A stretch of 63,977 bases of DNA, filler included, from an uncultured bacterium (lineage in GTDB: Bacteria > Hinthialibacterota > Hinthialibacteria > Hinthialibacterales > Hinthialibacteraceae): NCBI GenBank assembly GCA_964449065.1. It is 11 parts of 11 records of this genome, joined end to end, with 100 filler letters (N's around TTAATTAATTAA, not from the genome) between each part and the next. Parts side by side here need not be neighbours in the genome. Positions count along the whole stretch, not along the records: positions 55,283 to 61,242 come from CAYVAZ010000323.1; positions 61,343 to 63,977 come from CAYVAZ010000508.1; 9 more parts are not named here. One strand, given 5' to 3'. Positions 60,825 to 63,977 of the stretch are shown in pieces (within the stretch, counting starts at the first letter, position 1; every line of letters starts with the position of its first letter). The notes below the pieces were generated by a model. The model saw nothing but the letters and a program-made list of their open reading frames with translations, was not told where the DNA came from and did not search any database. A program made the position numbers and the translations under genes.

Positions 60825-60909
60825 TGGATACAGAGCCGTGCCTATTCTACGAGACGGATTCGTGAGCGATTGCTGAAAGCGAAAGCCGATTAGAAGCATA
60901 GGAAGAAAG

Positions 60910-61242
60910 ATAAGCCATAAGAACGTTATCGAAAAAGAAGAAAGCAGCGGCAATGTATTTTTGGACATCGGTTTACCGAACGCGGAGCAAGATTTGGTCA
61001 AAGCCCGTTTAACGCTGCAAATCCATACCCTCATCAAAGCACGTGGGTTAATCCAAGACGAAGCAGGGAAGATTCTCGGCATAAAACAGCCGCATATTTC
61101 TGAGTTGATGCGCAACCGTTCCGGCAATTTCCCGGTCGGGCGGTTGCTGGAATTTTTAACCGCGCTCGATCAGGATGTGGAAATCACCCTCCGCCCCAAA
61201 CGCAAAACCCACGCGGAAATGTCCGTTGTGAGGGAGGGGTAG
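60910..61242 (+). CDS. XRE/HTH antitoxin (HigA2-like), start codon apparently ATA; may be a pseudogene
   Basis: ESSGNVFLDIG...Q.EAG.ILGIKQPHIS.L...RLLEFL..L..DVEI; upstream IRERLLKAKAD* resembles a toxin C-terminus. Confidence 0.7.
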   Translation: MSHKNVIEKEESSGNVFLDIGLPNAEQDLVKARLTLQIHTLIKARGLIQDEAGKILGIKQPHISELMRNRSGNFPVGRLLEFLTALDQDVEITLRPKRKTHAEMSVVREG

Positions 61243-61342
61243 NNNNNNNNNNNNNNNNNNNNNNNNNNNNNNNNNNNNNNNNNNNNTTAATTAATTAANN
61301 NNNNNNNNNNNNNNNNNNNNNNNNNNNNNNNNNNNNNNNNNN

Positions 61343-61473
61343 GACGCAGTCGCGTCATTAGAGGTTTATTCCTCCCGAACCCTCACCCCGGCCCTCTTCC
61401 GGTGGGAGAGGGTGATAGATTCAGCGAACGATTAGAAAAAATTGGCATATCATAATGTAGTGCGTAACGTGAG
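61343..61473 (+). mobile_element. MITE family A, right part
   Basis: Ends TGCGTAACGTGAG|TTA. Confidence 0.8.
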
Positions 61474-61604
61474 TTACAACGATAAAATGGGGTTCGTGGT
61501 TTATGTTCATCTTGCATTCCAATGGTTTCTTTGATAGGTTAAACTTCCTGATAAATAATCATTTAAATCGATAAAATATCACTGCCAAAGAATTTTATTC
61601 CATA

Positions 61605-63767
61605 ATGGATACTACAATCAGCATACACAATGTCTTAAAAAAATACTGGGGATACGACCAATGCCGTCCCTTGCAGCAAGAAGCCATCGAATGCATTCTG
61701 CAAAACCGCGATTCCATTGTCGTGCTGCCCACCGGCGGGGGCAAATCGCTTTGCTATCAAGTCCCTGCCCTGCTCAAACCGGGGTTGGCTATCGTCATTT
61801 CTCCCCTCATTTCCCTAATGAAAGACCAAGTCGATGCCCTAAACGAATACGGCATCAACGCCGCCCGTCTCGACAGCACATTGCACTACCTCGAAGAAGA
61901 TCAAATCTTCGCCGATATCAAGCAAGATAAGATCAAACTGCTATACCTATCTCCCGAACGCCTCTTTTCCCGCGGCTTCATCGAATCTCTCAAACCAATC
62001 AACTTATCCTACATCGCCATCGATGAAGCCCACTGCGTCAGCATGTGGGGGCACGACTTCCGCCCCGAATACCGCCAGTTGGGACAATTGAAAGAACTCT
62101 TTCCCAATCTCAGCCTTCACGCCTACACCGCCACCGCCACGCCACAGGTGCGGGATGACATCGCCGCACAATTGCGGCTCATCAATCCTGAAACCATTGT
62201 AGGATCATTCGACCGTCCCAACCTGATCTACAAAATCGAACGCCGCAACCACATCATGCGGCAAGTCACCTCAGTCATAGACCGCCACCCCAACGAATCC
62301 GGCATCATCTACTGCATCCGCCGCAAGGATGTTGACAGTGTGTGCGCAGAACTCAAAGAGTTCGGCTGCAAAATTCTCCCTTACCACGCCGGAATGGATG
62401 ATGCCAGCCGCAAAGCCAATCAAGATGCCTTCCTCAAAGAAAAGGTCGATATCATTGCCGCCACGGTCGCCTTCGGCATGGGGATCGATAAATCCAACGT
62501 GCGCTATGTCATTCACACCGGCATGCCTAAATCCATTGAGCACTACCAGCAGGAAAGCGGACGCGCCGGCAGAGACGGATTGCAGTCCGAGTGCTGCCTC
62601 TTCTTTGCGGGCAATGATTACAACACATGGGAATACCTCATGCGCCCCATGCCCGTAGAACCCAAAGCCATTGCCATGAGAAAACTCCGGGACATGTATG
62701 ACTTCTGCAACAGCGTCTCCTGCCGCCATCAATCTCTCGTGCGGTATTTCGGTCAAAACCTGGAACAGGACAATTGCAGCGCGTGTGATGTCTGCCTGGG
62801 TGAACTGGATTGCGTTGAGGATGCGCTGGTCACCGGTCAAAAAATCCTCTCTTGTGTCAAACGGCTCAAAGAAACCTTCGGTGCCGACTACACCGCCGAC
62901 GTATTAATAGGCTCAAAGAATAAACGCATTGCCGAATCCCAACACACCAAACTCAGCACCTACGGCATTTTATCCGAACACAAAAAACAAGTCGTCCGCG
63001 GCTGGATTGAACAACTCGTCTCGCAAAGCTACATCCAAAAATCCGGCGAGTTCAACATCCTCACTGTTACCGAAAAAGGCATGAAAGTAATCAAAGGATT
63101 GGAAACACCCCAACTCCTAAAGCCGGGTACTAAACAATCTAAAAAACGTGCCGCGAGTGATTTGGAGGGGGTAGACAAAGAATTGTTCGAAAAACTCCGC
63201 ATCCTGCGCCGCTCCATCGCTGAAGAAAGAGACGTCCCTGCCTTCGTGATCTTCGGTGATAAAACGCTGGTTGACATGGCAAGAGTACGCCCCATCGATA
63301 AAGAACATTTTCTCAACGTTCAAGGAATCGGTGAAAAGAAAGCCGATGAATTCTGCGCGGTGTTTACCAACCTAATCCGGGAATTCTGTCAGGATCACGC
63401 ATTAGAAACCAATAAAAAGGTTTCGCTGTTTCAACCGGATAAAAATAACGCGACCGCTCTCACCAATGAGGTGAAACGGCTATCGTTCGAATATTTCCGC
63501 AATGGCATATCTGTGAAAGAAGCCGCGGAAAAGCTGAACCGTGCCGCCTCCACAACCTACGGCTATTTAACCGAATATCTCAATCGGGAAAAAGTCACCG
63601 ATCCTTCACCTTGGGTTGAGGAATCAATCCGAAAACGCATTGAGGACGTCATGAACGTCTCTGAAGACGGCAGAATGAAACCCATCTACGAAGCCCTGAA
63701 CGGAGAAGTCTCATACGACGATATCCGCATCGTCATGACCTGCTACAAAAACAAAACCAGCGAATAA
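61605..63767 (+). CDS. recQ: DNA helicase RecQ
   Basis: PTGGGKSLCYQ, DEAHC..WGHDFRPEY, QESGRAGRDG, Zn-binding Cys, RQC, HRDC and C-terminal HTH. Confidence 0.96.
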   Translation: MDTTISIHNVLKKYWGYDQCRPLQQEAIECILQNRDSIVVLPTGGGKSLCYQVPALLKPGLAIVISPLISLMKDQVDALNEYGINAARLDSTLHYLEEDQIFADIKQDKIKLLYLSPERLFSRGFIESLKPINLSYIAIDEAHCVSMWGHDFRPEYRQLGQLKELFPNLSLHAYTATATPQVRDDIAAQLRLINPETIVGSFDRPNLIYKIERRNHIMRQVTSVIDRHPNESGIIYCIRRKDVDSVCAELKEFGCKILPYHAGMDDASRKANQDAFLKEKVDIIAATVAFGMGIDKSNVRYVIHTGMPKSIEHYQQESGRAGRDGLQSECCLFFAGNDYNTWEYLMRPMPVEPKAIAMRKLRDMYDFCNSVSCRHQSLVRYFGQNLEQDNCSACDVCLGELDCVEDALVTGQKILSCVKRLKETFGADYTADVLIGSKNKRIAESQHTKLSTYGILSEHKKQVVRGWIEQLVSQSYIQKSGEFNILTVTEKGMKVIKGLETPQLLKPGTKQSKKRAASDLEGVDKELFEKLRILRRSIAEERDVPAFVIFGDKTLVDMARVRPIDKEHFLNVQGIGEKKADEFCAVFTNLIREFCQDHALETNKKVSLFQPDKNNATALTNEVKRLSFEYFRNGISVKEAAEKLNRAASTTYGYLTEYLNREKVTDPSPWVEESIRKRIEDVMNVSEDGRMKPIYEALNGEVSYDDIRIVMTCYKNKTSE

Positions 63768-63776
63768 TACCATTCC

Positions 63777-63977
63777 CAGTATTGTGTCCATCTAAAAATG
63801 ACGGCTGGTATTCCATTGTTACCCCCTTATTAAGGGGGGTAGGGGGGATTCAGAATCAACGCACTCCACCCACTCTCGAAATAAGCCCTGGGAGGGCGAG
63901 GCTCCCGCCGAGCCAGCATTACCCGCCATTGTTGCCCCCCTTATTAAGGGGGGTAGGGGGGATTCAGAATCAACGCA
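63777..63977. repeat. Family-B-derived element with a tandem duplicated hairpin unit and a REP-like insert
   Basis: CCATTGTT.CCCCCTTATTAAGGGGGGTAGGGGGGATTCAGAATCAACGCA at 63813 and 63926, separated by GGGAGGGCGAGGCTCCCGCCGAGCC. Confidence 0.7.

Noticed and set aside
136..63323. Many 60-240 aa ORFs overlapping recognised genes in other frames or strands
   Set aside because: Shadow frames of well-supported genes with no motifs of their own
63813..63977. Possible CRISPR array
   Set aside because: Only two ~51-bp units, derived from the family-B hairpin; the intervening sequence is itself a dispersed repeat, and no cas genes are present

Overview
This is not one locus. It is 11 unrelated contig pieces of about 6 kb from a bacterial draft genome or MAG, sorted by decreasing length and joined by artificial 100-nt spacers (N44-TTAATTAATTAA-N44). 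There are also three plain 100-N scaffold gaps, so gene neighbourhoods are meaningful only within a contig. Gene content: PPi-type phosphofructokinase, rex, an ExbB/ExbD-TPR-VWA operon, sucrose-phosphate synthase/phosphatase plus sucrose synthase, gcvH, MoxR, purD, a hisN-like phosphatase, mnmG, a hoxEFUYH bidirectional [NiFe]-hydrogenase, sucD, higBA, a nucleotide-aminosugar cluster, Tat-exported oxidoreductases, a Planctomycete-type cytochrome c protein, an MFS transporter and recQ. The prepilin-motif paralogues and Planctomycete-like families suggest an uncultured lineage such as OLB16/Hinthialibacterota or Sumerlaeota (inference only). Main leads: (1) an AT-rich, tightly coupled three-gene cassette (two unknown proteins plus a stand-alone ComEC-type metallo-beta-lactamase-fold hydrolase) at 26877-29240, a candidate undescribed defence-like system; (2) an uncharacterised operon linking a lipoyl-carrier GcvH paralogue, a COG0523 metal GTPase, a stand-alone HdrA-N-like Fe-S protein and a ferredoxin (37131-40095); (3) at least five families of non-autonomous TIR elements that nest inside each other and coincide with many contig breaks; (4) a DnaA-box/IHF-site AT-rich region that may be an oriC not next to dnaA; (5) several toxin-antitoxin loci where only the antitoxin remains. 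No rRNA, tRNA or CRISPR array was recognised.
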